Source: a virus
Lineage: Duplodnaviria > Caudoviricetes
Reading direction: 5' to 3' (one strand)
Length of the DNA stretch: 34,743 bases
Virus record (IMG/VR): IMGVR_UViG_3300048851_000209
Span: 1 to 34,743 of that record
Shown here: positions 26,499-33,693 of the stretch, one piece after another
How the letters are laid out: each line of letters starts with the position of its first letter
Numbering within the stretch: position 1 is the stretch's first letter
The notes under the pieces: generated by a model
Told to the model about the DNA's origin: nothing
The model's input: the letters and a program-made list of their open reading frames with translations, nothing else
Database searches by the model: none
Program-made: the position numbers and the translations under genes

Positions 26499-26840
26499 TT
26501 AGCGGACGAACAACTTGAAGACGGACGGCGCATAATAGTAGCCGTCGCTGTGGCGACGATAGCCTCTGCGCTGTTCACGATACCCGCGGTGACCATTCCA
26601 GTAGCCGGGGCGATCACGGCGTACTTCGGCGCGGTTCTGATGACGGCGATCGTACCGGCCGTGGTCGCGGCGATCACGAGGTACATAACGGCGCTCATCT
26701 CGGTACTGAGCGAGCTCAACGCTGGACGTGAACTGTGTAGGCTGTGCTGCGATCGGTGCGGCTGTTGCCGTTCCGAGGCCAGAAGCCATCATAACGACAG
26801 CGACGACAGCAGCGCCGATCCCTGAGATAATTCTATTCAT
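26499..26840 (-). CDS. Secreted Arg/Tyr/Gly-rich protein, similar to the BA14K-family N-terminal region
   Basis: Signal peptide; [27 protein letters not shown]; lacks the Cys-containing BA14K C-terminal domain. Confidence 0.75.
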   Translation of the reverse strand: MNRIISGIGAAVVAVVMMASGLGTATAAPIAAQPTQFTSSVELAQYRDERRYVPRDRRDHGRYDRRHQNRAEVRRDRPGYWNGHRGYREQRRGYRRHSDGYYYAPSVFKLFVR

Positions 26841-27212
26841 GTTCACGCCTTTCAAGTGGTGAGGCGGGACGATGCTCCGATGGGTATGAACCCGTTATGA
26901 ATATTTGACGATTTTCAATTCGGCCCGGTATTTAGCAGCGCTCTTGCTTGAGCTATCCCCGTCGGGAGCGGCACGTCGACCGCAACCTCTGCCTAGTGAC
27001 CGGTTTCGCGTCGCCTCCGGCATCTAAGGGACCGTCTCCCTACTCTGCCGGCACGCTCCGAGAATCATAAGACCGACGCGCTGTCGGAAGCGCGCGCACC
27101 GGAATTCGCAAATCGGGGATTATTTCACGCAACTTGCCTGATAATGCCAAATTTGCCAAGCGGAATTTTATCCTGAACAAGAGAATTATTTCCTTTCTTG
27201 TGGATTTTGTTC

Positions 27213-27755
27213 CTACACTGCATTGGCTGCGATCCAAGCATCGGTGACGGCAGTCTCAAATCGCTTGCGTGCGGCTTCGTCGCTTCTGCCGATATATTTC
27301 CCGATCAGGCCGAACGAGAGTTCGAAGGAGCGCCACCACAGGATCTGCCAGGCTGCTCGGTCGAGGTGGCGGACCCACGCCAGCGCTGTCAGGCAATCGC
27401 CGATCTGCGCCGGCGTCGGCTGAAAGCGTGGGGCGATGTCTTCGACCGCAGCATAAGCAGTCACTGACTCCTGTACGTAATCGGGCGACGACGACTTCAA
27501 GATGAAAAAGCGCCGCTCCCGATCCGGCACTGCTCGCAACGTCTTCATTGCCGTCATCAAGCGATGCTCAACGTCTGTTCTGGAAACGCGGCCGCCATTC
27601 TTCACGCGAGGCGCGGGGCGCCGGTCAGGCTGTGGTGCAAGCTTCATACGCGCAGTGGGCATCCGACTGTCTTCTGGAAGAACCATACACCCAGGCGGTG
27701 GCAAGCCTTCAAACTTCTTCGGCTTCGATTGGCGCTTTGCTCGGATCTTCGGCAT
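27213..27755 (-). CDS. Putative late-gene regulator (DUF6362-like, C-terminal sigma-4-like HTH)
   Basis: VEHRLMTAMKTLRAVP...PTPAQIGDCLTALAW...QILWWRSFELSFGLIGKYIGRSDEAARKRF; lambda Q-like position. Confidence 0.65.
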   Translation of the reverse strand: MPKIRAKRQSKPKKFEGLPPPGCMVLPEDSRMPTARMKLAPQPDRRPAPRVKNGGRVSRTDVEHRLMTAMKTLRAVPDRERRFFILKSSSPDYVQESVTAYAAVEDIAPRFQPTPAQIGDCLTALAWVRHLDRAAWQILWWRSFELSFGLIGKYIGRSDEAARKRFETAVTDAWIAANAV

Positions 27756-27934
27756 CAGTTACCATTCTCCATCTTCGTCAGCAGCATCCGCAGCTGGCCA
27801 GCTGCCCTCAGCGTGTCATCCGAGGTCAGTCCACCATTGCCGCCCTTGCCGTTCATCCCGTTGACGTCGAACTCGACGCATCTGATGAGCTTCCATGCGG
27901 CGGTGGACAGGTTTTTCTCGTTAAAAGATCTCAC
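27755..27934 (-). CDS. 59-aa hypothetical protein (MRSFNEKNLSTAAWKLIRCVEFD...)
   Basis: GTGA overlap upstream and TGATG overlap downstream; fills the operon gap exactly. Confidence 0.7.
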   Translation of the reverse strand: MRSFNEKNLSTAAWKLIRCVEFDVNGMNGKGGNGGLTSDDTLRAAGQLRMLLTKMENGN

Positions 27935-28470
27935 CAGTCAGCCTCTTCCAGATCGTCAGTGGTAAGGGTGCCTATCCGAGCTATGATGTCGGCGCGGGCG
28001 CCAGGAGCCTTCCGCTTGCCGCGTGCACGCCCCTGGACACTCCGAGGTTCAACGCCCGCCACGACGACAGGCATGCAAGTGAAGCCAGCCGCTTGCAGCC
28101 TGAGCAAAAGAGCATCACGCTTCTCCCAGTCACGGCCACTGTGAGTATGAATAAGCTTGCCGTTCTCGTACCGCTCGATCGTCCAGCCCGCATGGCTGTA
28201 GGCGTCACCCTTGCTCTCCCAGTATTCGAAGCGGAGGATCGGCGGGCGGCTTTTGAATGGCCGGCGGATATCAATGCGAGACTTTCCCGGCTCCGGTTTG
28301 CGGCGCTCGTGGCGAAGGAACTCCTCCGCCTGCGTCTTCGTGCCGAGCACCTTGGCGATCATCTTCTGCTCGATAGGGTCTGCGAGTGACAACTTGTCGT
28401 TTGCAGGCTGAAGCAGGTTACGCGTCCAGCGATCGACGTCTTCAGGTGAAGGCTCAAGATCCTCGGTCAT
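27931..28470 (-). CDS. Hypothetical protein
   Basis: 179-aa ORF translationally coupled on both sides. Confidence 0.75.
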   Translation of the reverse strand: MTEDLEPSPEDVDRWTRNLLQPANDKLSLADPIEQKMIAKVLGTKTQAEEFLRHERRKPEPGKSRIDIRRPFKSRPPILRFEYWESKGDAYSHAGWTIERYENGKLIHTHSGRDWEKRDALLLRLQAAGFTCMPVVVAGVEPRSVQGRARGKRKAPGARADIIARIGTLTTDDLEEADW

Positions 28471-28760
28471 GCCGCGCCCCCTGGGTACCTGTCGAAGGAC
28501 ATGCGGCCGATCTCGGCTTGCACGGCATCGAAAAAGGCGACGATCTCTTCGTCAGCTTCGACAGGTGACAGACCGACGCGCTGCAGGTGCTTTCTCTGGG
28601 AAGCGACCACCTGCTTCCAGTAAAGCTCGGCATCGTCGCCATGCTTCGAGGCAAGCTTGAGAGCTGTGTGCCGGATCTTGCCGACGCGCCTTGTCAGAGG
28701 GAACAGCAGGATTTGCTTAGGAGGCTCCCAAGCGAAGAGAGGGAGGTCATGGACGCTCAT
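28467..28760 (-). CDS. DUF6074-like protein
   Basis: LLFPLTRRVGKIRHTA...YWKQVV...LQRVGL...EIVAFFDAVQAE. Confidence 0.75.
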   Translation of the reverse strand: MSVHDLPLFAWEPPKQILLFPLTRRVGKIRHTALKLASKHGDDAELYWKQVVASQRKHLQRVGLSPVEADEEIVAFFDAVQAEIGRMSFDRYPGGAA

Positions 28761-29530
28761 CTGGACCCTCCGGCTTCTTTGGCGATGATCTTGTCGAAAG
28801 CCGCCAGCAGCTTCTCCTTGCCGGAAGGTTCACGCGCTGAAGCGCGCCGCTCTTCGAGCGATGAAAAATATTTTTTTGTTTGCTCCCTTTGAGCAGGAGA
28901 TCGCCGCCCGGGAAGCTTGCTTGCTTCGCTTTTGGTTAGCCGCTGCGCAAGCTCCCCTAGCCCCGTTACCTCGCCCTCAAGTTCGGAAGGGGATATGGTA
29001 GATCTATATGTGGCCGGTGGAGCGGACTGTGAAATATCTAAAACGGGCTTCACAGTCCGGTGGAGCGGACCGTCACCCTCGTTTGATCTGCATTTTGGGT
29101 CGGAGGTGTCCGGTGGAGCGGACTGTATGTCCGGTGGAGCGGACTGTTGTTTTTTCGTGGGCTGCCATCGCATGAACTCTTTCGAGGGCAGATCGCCCGT
29201 CACGTCGCAGCCGTACTCGGTCAGTCGCCACTCGGTAGCTGTCCGGTTCTTGATGTGGAACGCGCTCGGCTTTGACACGCAAATGAAGCCGTACTTCTGC
29301 AGGCTGTTGAGAGCATCCGACGCGGTGGATTTCCCCATGCCGAGTTCGGCGGCAAGCTCCCTGGCGCCGAGTCCGATCCGCCCGTTATTCGTTCCGTCAT
29401 ATCTCCACTTCACTTCAATGTAGGCGTTTCGCTCGACTGGCGTGAGCGCCTGCCATGCAAGGCATCGCTTTACGTAGCCATCGATCATGATAAACTTGGA
29501 TTTCCCCTTGCGCTTATATTTGCTGCTCAA
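28757..29530 (-). CDS. Replication initiator (winged-HTH)
   Basis: TTG start overlapping the upstream TGA; KFIMID...AWQALTP...YDGTNNGRIGLGARELAAELGMGKSTASDALNSLQKYGFI...ATEWRLT; internal iterons. Confidence 0.75.
   Translation of the reverse strand: MSSKYKRKGKSKFIMIDGYVKRCLAWQALTPVERNAYIEVKWRYDGTNNGRIGLGARELAAELGMGKSTASDALNSLQKYGFICVSKPSAFHIKNRTATEWRLTEYGCDVTGDLPSKEFMRWQPTKKQQSAPPDIQSAPPDTSDPKCRSNEGDGPLHRTVKPVLDISQSAPPATYRSTISPSELEGEVTGLGELAQRLTKSEASKLPGRRSPAQREQTKKYFSSLEERRASAREPSGKEKLLAAFDKIIAKEAGGSR
29014..29147. repeat. Four iteron-like direct repeats CCGGTGGAGCGGAC (putative origin)
   Basis: Copies start at 29014, 29057, 29110 and 29131; three continue with TGT. Confidence 0.85.
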
Positions 29531-29694
29531 CCGAAAGCCCTCCGGTTCATGCGATACTGGTTCGCGAGGGTGCACGCCTGGGCCGCTTGCACGGCTGTGA
29601 TGCCGAACCTCTCCCGTAACTGGTGGATGACCTGCGGCGGCGGCTCCTTCTGCTCGCTGAGCCACATGGCAGCTTTTTCGATTTGGCTGGTCAT
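29527..29694 (-). CDS. 55-aa hypothetical protein (MTSQIEKAAMWL...)
   Basis: ATGA and TTGA overlaps with its neighbours. Confidence 0.7.
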   Translation of the reverse strand: MTSQIEKAAMWLSEQKEPPPQVIHQLRERFGITAVQAAQACTLANQYRMNRRAFG

Positions 29695-29945
29695 GCCTTG
29701 CCTTTCTTCTGCCGGTGCGCGGCTGCATGGTGAAACCGGCAAAGCCATGTCACTTTCAGCGGGCGGCGATAATTGGTGTGGTGGGCATCCGTCCGCGGGT
29801 GTCCGCAGATCTTGCACGGCTGTTTGATGATGCGACCGGAGCGGATGGCCGAAGCCACCCGCAAATGCGCTTTATATTTCTCGGGATTCGCCCGTCGCCA
29901 TTGCGCCTGGCGCCCGAGCCGGTTTTCGTCGGGAGCGTCTGTCAA
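29691..29945 (-). CDS. Small HNH-like zinc-binding protein
   Basis: PCKICG...DAHHTNY..PLKVTWLCRFHH. Confidence 0.75.
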   Translation of the reverse strand: MTDAPDENRLGRQAQWRRANPEKYKAHLRVASAIRSGRIIKQPCKICGHPRTDAHHTNYRRPLKVTWLCRFHHAAAHRQKKGKA

Positions 29946-30367
29946 CGGCGCATCCTCTCGATCTCGCTGCGGTTCGGGTCAGCTCCGTCCGCTATGAGAG
30001 CCATCATCGTCGGTCGGTCCCAAAACGTCGGGCGCCCTTTAACCTGGTTGCGGGCCATTTGAACTCCGCTACCGTCGAATTGGAGATCGGCGCGAAGCGT
30101 CGGGTCTAGCTCTTCCTCAGAGCCCGAGCAGTCCAGCTCGTCGCCGTCCTGGTCGGTTTCCTCGGGCTCGTCGTCGCCACCGTCCTCGGAGTCCTCAAGA
30201 TAGAACTGCAGACCAATCTGCCCGCTTTCGGGATAGGTCTGGTCATGTTCATCGCCATTGGCTTCGAGGTCAGGGTCACCGTCGATGCGGTCGAGAAGAG
30301 AGATCAAGCGCTCGATCTCGTGCTCCAGCGTGCTGCGGAGCAAGCTCTGGTCGTTGGCCGCTCTCAT
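29942..30367 (-). CDS. Acidic hypothetical protein
   Basis: IERLISLLDRIDGDPDLE motif followed by an Asp/Glu-rich tract; coupled to its neighbours. Confidence 0.75.
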   Translation of the reverse strand: MRAANDQSLLRSTLEHEIERLISLLDRIDGDPDLEANGDEHDQTYPESGQIGLQFYLEDSEDGGDDEPEETDQDGDELDCSGSEEELDPTLRADLQFDGSGVQMARNQVKGRPTFWDRPTMMALIADGADPNRSEIERMRR

Positions 30368-30765
30368 TGAAGTGCCTCCAGCCGACCATAAAGCTTGTCC
30401 GCCTTCTCCATGAGGTCGGCGGTGTCAGCCCATACTTCACCGCCAAGCCACTTGGTCACATCGATCCCGCGCTTCTGGAATAAGAAGGTAACCGTGCCGC
30501 CGTCTGCGTGACGCGCGCGGTCCAGGTCGAGATCATCCTCAATCCGTCCCATGAGGAGGAAGGCCTTGCGCTGTAGGTTCTGAAGGTCAGACCAGATCCC
30601 TTCGAACTCCCTATGAAGGTCGTCTATAGTAGGGACTGGCGCTGCGGCCGGCCCGGTGCTATCTTCCGTGGTGTTCATTTTCGTTTCCTCGTTGGGAATG
30701 TTGGAACCATGGCTCGGGACCGTTGGCGCGGTTGCCGAGCCGTCTTCGTTTTGGGTCATGATCAA
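30364..30765 (-). CDS. Hypothetical protein
   Basis: ORF coupled between the HTH gene and 29942-30367; start uncertain. Confidence 0.65.
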   Translation of the reverse strand: MIMTQNEDGSATAPTVPSHGSNIPNEETKMNTTEDSTGPAAAPVPTIDDLHREFEGIWSDLQNLQRKAFLLMGRIEDDLDLDRARHADGGTVTFLFQKRGIDVTKWLGGEVWADTADLMEKADKLYGRLEALQ

Positions 30766-30971
30766 GCGGCCTCCATGAAGAAGGCGATGAGCCTTGTGCG
30801 GGAAATTACCCAGCGGCCGTTGACCTTCTTTGCCGGCAGTTCGCCCTTATCCAGCATGTCAAATGTCGATCGTGTGGTGCGACCTATTACCTTGCCTATT
30901 TCCTCAGCGCCCCAGATCAGATCGAGCGTGGCGTTCTCGTCATTTTTCGTCATCCTGCGTAAACCCTTCAT
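30762..30971 (-). CDS. Excisionase/AlpA-like HTH DNA-binding protein
   Basis: LDLIWGAEEIGKVIGRTTRSTFDMLDKGELPAKKVNGRWVISR; first gene of the early operon; start may be the ATG at 30953. Confidence 0.8.
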   Translation of the reverse strand: MKGLRRMTKNDENATLDLIWGAEEIGKVIGRTTRSTFDMLDKGELPAKKVNGRWVISRTRLIAFFMEAA

Positions 30972-30978
30972 TAAACAG

Positions 30979-31018
30979 TACGGTAATAGGGGTAATACGG
31001 TAATAGGGTTGACGTCAA
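30979..31018. promoter_or_regulatory. Operator region between the divergent repressor and early operon
   Basis: TACGGTAATAGGG twice (30979-30991, 30996-31008), GGTAATA three times, and palindrome TTGACGTCAA at 31009-31018. Confidence 0.6.
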
Positions 31019-31063
31019 GCTGAACCTAAGACAGTGCTACGTAAATTTATTGGGGTGTGGATA

Positions 31064-31909
31064 ATGGCTAAGGCGGGTCGCGGCGACGATCAGTACATGG
31101 TTCGGTTCCCTGAGGGACTTCGCGCCAGGATCAAGGAAGCTGCTGAGCGGAACAGTCGCTCGATGAACACCGAGATCATTGAGAAGATCGAGTTGGGATT
31201 GAAGGTTGAAGACGAGCATAGAGATCTTAGCGCGTTTTTTGTGCAGCATGAGGATCTGGAAAAGAGGTATTTTCAACTAGACAGAGAGTCCCGCGCCCAA
31301 GAGCTAGAAATCCAAAAGCTCCAGAAGGACCTGGCGGTGGCGAATGCAACTCTGACAGAACGCAACGCGGCCGAGGGGCTCGATCGCGTTCTCGACGAAA
31401 TTACGTCGATGGTCGGGCAGGTGAAGAAGTTTCAAGACGAGGACGCAGAGGCGTTGAGGGAGGTTACCGAGATCCAGTCCTACCTCCAAGGTGACGCTGT
31501 GTGTCTGCAAGCCGAACTTGGAGATGATCCTTACAGGCCTTCAGCGATCCGCCCCATCTTGCTGTCTGCAGTGGCGGAGAAGCTGGCGGCAGCGATAGAT
31601 CAACGAACTTACCTCCTTATGAGGGTAATTCTAAAGCTATCCAGCTCGGCTCGGAAGCATCAGGAGGCTGCGGTTCTGGCTAAGAGCATGCGTCACCAGA
31701 TCAATGGGATGAACTTCACTGACGACGTGCTTGACGCGTTTCTTCGTGAGGTTGACGGTTTGGCCACAGAGCTGCACGCCGCTGATTTCTACGACCACAT
31801 GGTAGATCTCATAAAAGGCACCGACGATGACCTTCGCAAAACATATCAACAAGCCTTGGATGCATTAATGCCGAAGCTCTTTAAGGGCTGGCCCGATGAT
31901 TGGTATTGA
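31064..31909 (+). CDS. Arc-family (RHH) repressor with a long coiled-coil/helical C-terminal extension
   Basis: DQYMVRFPEGLRARIKEAAERNSRSMNTEII Arc signature; divergent from the early operon. Confidence 0.85.
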   Translation: MAKAGRGDDQYMVRFPEGLRARIKEAAERNSRSMNTEIIEKIELGLKVEDEHRDLSAFFVQHEDLEKRYFQLDRESRAQELEIQKLQKDLAVANATLTERNAAEGLDRVLDEITSMVGQVKKFQDEDAEALREVTEIQSYLQGDAVCLQAELGDDPYRPSAIRPILLSAVAEKLAAAIDQRTYLLMRVILKLSSSARKHQEAAVLAKSMRHQINGMNFTDDVLDAFLREVDGLATELHAADFYDHMVDLIKGTDDDLRKTYQQALDALMPKLFKGWPDDWY

Positions 31910-33084
31910 TGATGAGCGTCCGGAAGCGGGAATGGACTACTCCGAAGGGTGAGAGCAAGCAGGCCTGGGTCGTTGACTACAGCGACATCAACGGCAAGCG
32001 TCGGCTCAAGACCTTTAAGTTGAAGAAGGAAGCCGATCGGTTCGCCGCTACGGCCTCTGTCGAGGTCAGGGAAGGCGTTCACGTTGCCGACAGCGCGAGC
32101 GTTACGGTTGAAAAGGCTGGCGCCCTCTGGATCACCTCAGGCGAAAACGCGGGCCTTGAGAGATCAACCATCAACCAGCGCAGGTCCCACCTGGAGCACC
32201 ACATCGTCCCCTTGATCGGTCAGACGCTCCTCTCAAAGCTCACGGTGCCGGCCGTGAGGGACTTCGAAGACACGATGCGCAAGGAAGGCCGGTCGCCAGC
32301 AATGGTGAAGAAGGTCCTGACCTCGCTGGGATCCATCCTAGCTGATGCAGGCGAACGTGGGCTTGCGATGCGCAATCCGGTGCGGGACATCAAAGGCAGC
32401 CGCAAAGGCCGCGATAGGCGCCAGGAGAAGCGCCAGCAGGGCAAGCTGGAGGTCGGAGTTGACATCCCCACCCGCGAAGAGATCAAGGCTCTGGTGGCGG
32501 CTATCGACGGAAGCTGGAAGCCCCTGCTCGTCACAGCCGTTTTCACTGGCATGAGATCGTCGGAGCTGCGCGGCCTTCGCTGGCAGGATGTGAATTTCAA
32601 GAAGGGCGAGATCAGCGTCCACCAGCGTGCCGACCAGTTCAAGGCGATCGGGCCTACAAAGTCAGAGGCAGGTGTCCGGACTATCCCGGTGCCGCCGATC
32701 GTCATCAGTGCCCTGAAGGAACATAAGCTGAAGCAGGCGCCTGGCATCGGCCTTGTGTTTGCTAATCCCGATGGTGAGCCTCGCTCCCATACCAACATCG
32801 TCAACAAGGGTCTGAAACCGGCCATGATCCGAGCAGGCGTGACTGTGGGAAGCGGCGAAGCGATCGAGGCCAAGTATACCGGCCTCCACGCCTTACGGCA
32901 TTTCTACGCCTCCTGGCTGATCAATCGGAAGGAAGACGGCGGGCTCGGTCTGCCGGTGAAGATGGTTCAAGAGCGGATGGGCCATGCCTCGATCGTCATG
33001 ACCATGGACACCTACGGGCACCTATTCCCGCGCTCGGATGACGGGACAGAACTAGCACATGCGGCGAACATTCTGCTCGACTGA
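31909..33084 (+). CDS. int: Tyrosine integrase
   Basis: TGMRSSE (R), TKS (K), HALRH, GH and TMDTYGH (Y) catalytic motifs; adjacent to att. Confidence 0.96.
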   Translation: MMSVRKREWTTPKGESKQAWVVDYSDINGKRRLKTFKLKKEADRFAATASVEVREGVHVADSASVTVEKAGALWITSGENAGLERSTINQRRSHLEHHIVPLIGQTLLSKLTVPAVRDFEDTMRKEGRSPAMVKKVLTSLGSILADAGERGLAMRNPVRDIKGSRKGRDRRQEKRQQGKLEVGVDIPTREEIKALVAAIDGSWKPLLVTAVFTGMRSSELRGLRWQDVNFKKGEISVHQRADQFKAIGPTKSEAGVRTIPVPPIVISALKEHKLKQAPGIGLVFANPDGEPRSHTNIVNKGLKPAMIRAGVTVGSGEAIEAKYTGLHALRHFYASWLINRKEDGGLGLPVKMVQERMGHASIVMTMDTYGHLFPRSDDGTELAHAANILLD

Positions 33085-33085
33085 C

Positions 33086-33107
33086 TGCAACATGAATGCG
33101 ACACGAA
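33086..33107 (+). repeat. Tandem 11-bp repeats, probable integrase arm-type sites
   Basis: TGCAACATGAA followed by TGCGACACGAA, between the int stop and the att core. Confidence 0.55.
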
Positions 33108-33144
33108 CGCCTTTTCGCGAGCAATATCAATAGCCGGTCAAAGC

Positions 33145-33188
33145 CTGCAAATCCTTGCACCCCGGTTCGATTCCGGGCGAGGCCTCCA
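33145..33188 (+). tRNA. 3' half of tRNA-Cys(GCA), forming the prophage att core (partial, non-functional copy)
   Basis: CTGCAAA anticodon loop, TCCTTGCAC, T arm CCCGG-TTCGATT-CCGGG and acceptor strand CGAGGCC-TCCA; no D arm or 5' acceptor strand upstream. Confidence 0.9.
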
Positions 33189-33255
33189 TTCTTGCTTCAA
33201 CAACACCTGCAGAGGCTTAGACGGTGCGGCCGTCGGAACCGGCCTGTATCGCCTT

Positions 33256-33432
33256 TCACGGACCGCCTGCGACCGAGACGGCCACAGCCATGGCCAGTGC
33301 AGCAAGATCCACTTCTCCTTCGATGAAGAGACGGCCTTCCCGCCGTTCGAGTTTGAGGTTCGCTGGGCGCTCCTCGGCCTGGCGCTCGATCTCCGCCACG
33401 ATGGCTGCCTCGACCTTGTCTTCAAACATCAT
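33256..33432 (-). CDS. 58-aa host hypothetical protein (MMFEDKVEAAIVAEIERQA...)
   Basis: AGGAAAAG RBS; clean ORF below the track cutoff; EcfG-type promoter upstream. Confidence 0.7.
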   Translation of the reverse strand: MMFEDKVEAAIVAEIERQAEERPANLKLERREGRLFIEGEVDLAALAMAVAVSVAGGP

Positions 33433-33467
33433 CTTTTCCTTTCAGATGCCTCCAGGACGGTCAGTCT

Positions 33468-33493
33468 AACAGAGATGGCAGGATGCTGGTTCC
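33468..33493 (-). promoter_or_regulatory. EcfG-type promoter (putative)
   Basis: Minus strand GGAAC-N17-TGTT. Confidence 0.5.
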
Positions 33494-33596
33494 GGCGCTG
33501 TTCCTCAGCTATGCCTGGCGTTGTTTTCGAGACGTTTCGCCTGACGCGCAAGGCACCGTGTGGATAATCGGGCCGATTCGTGATGATACGCTGGCA

Positions 33597-33621
33597 GGAA
33601 CCAAGTTGTTAAAATGACGTT
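33597..33621 (+). promoter_or_regulatory. EcfG-type promoter
   Basis: GGAAC-N16-CGTT, the canonical alphaproteobacterial general stress sigma motif, upstream of an HWE kinase. Confidence 0.7.
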
Positions 33622-33693
33622 GCCATGAGCAAATCAAACGGCGAATTGAATTGGTAGTCAGAGAAAATTTTCAACAATGATAATGCTGCTTCT

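Larger units (their letters stand above)
1..33188. mobile_element. Prophage (HK97-like head, non-contractile tail) integrated at tRNA-Cys; left end lies outside the window
   Basis: Ordered integrase, repressor, replication, packaging, head, tail and lysis modules; tRNA-Cys 3' half immediately after the integrase, followed by host-type genes. Confidence 0.95.

Noticed and set aside
24935-27062. Known self-cleaving ribozymes, c-di-GMP riboswitch, C4 antisense RNA or group II intron domain V
   Set aside because: I did not find the conserved cores (e.g. hammerhead CUGANGA/GAAA) by eye; left as unassigned structured RNA pending an Rfam scan
29014-29147. CRISPR-like array
   Set aside because: Repeats are only 14-17 bp with irregular spacing, lie inside a coding gene and have no cas locus; iterons fit better
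33110-33188. Intact tRNA-Cys gene
   Set aside because: No 5' acceptor strand, D arm or 5' anticodon stem upstream of 33145
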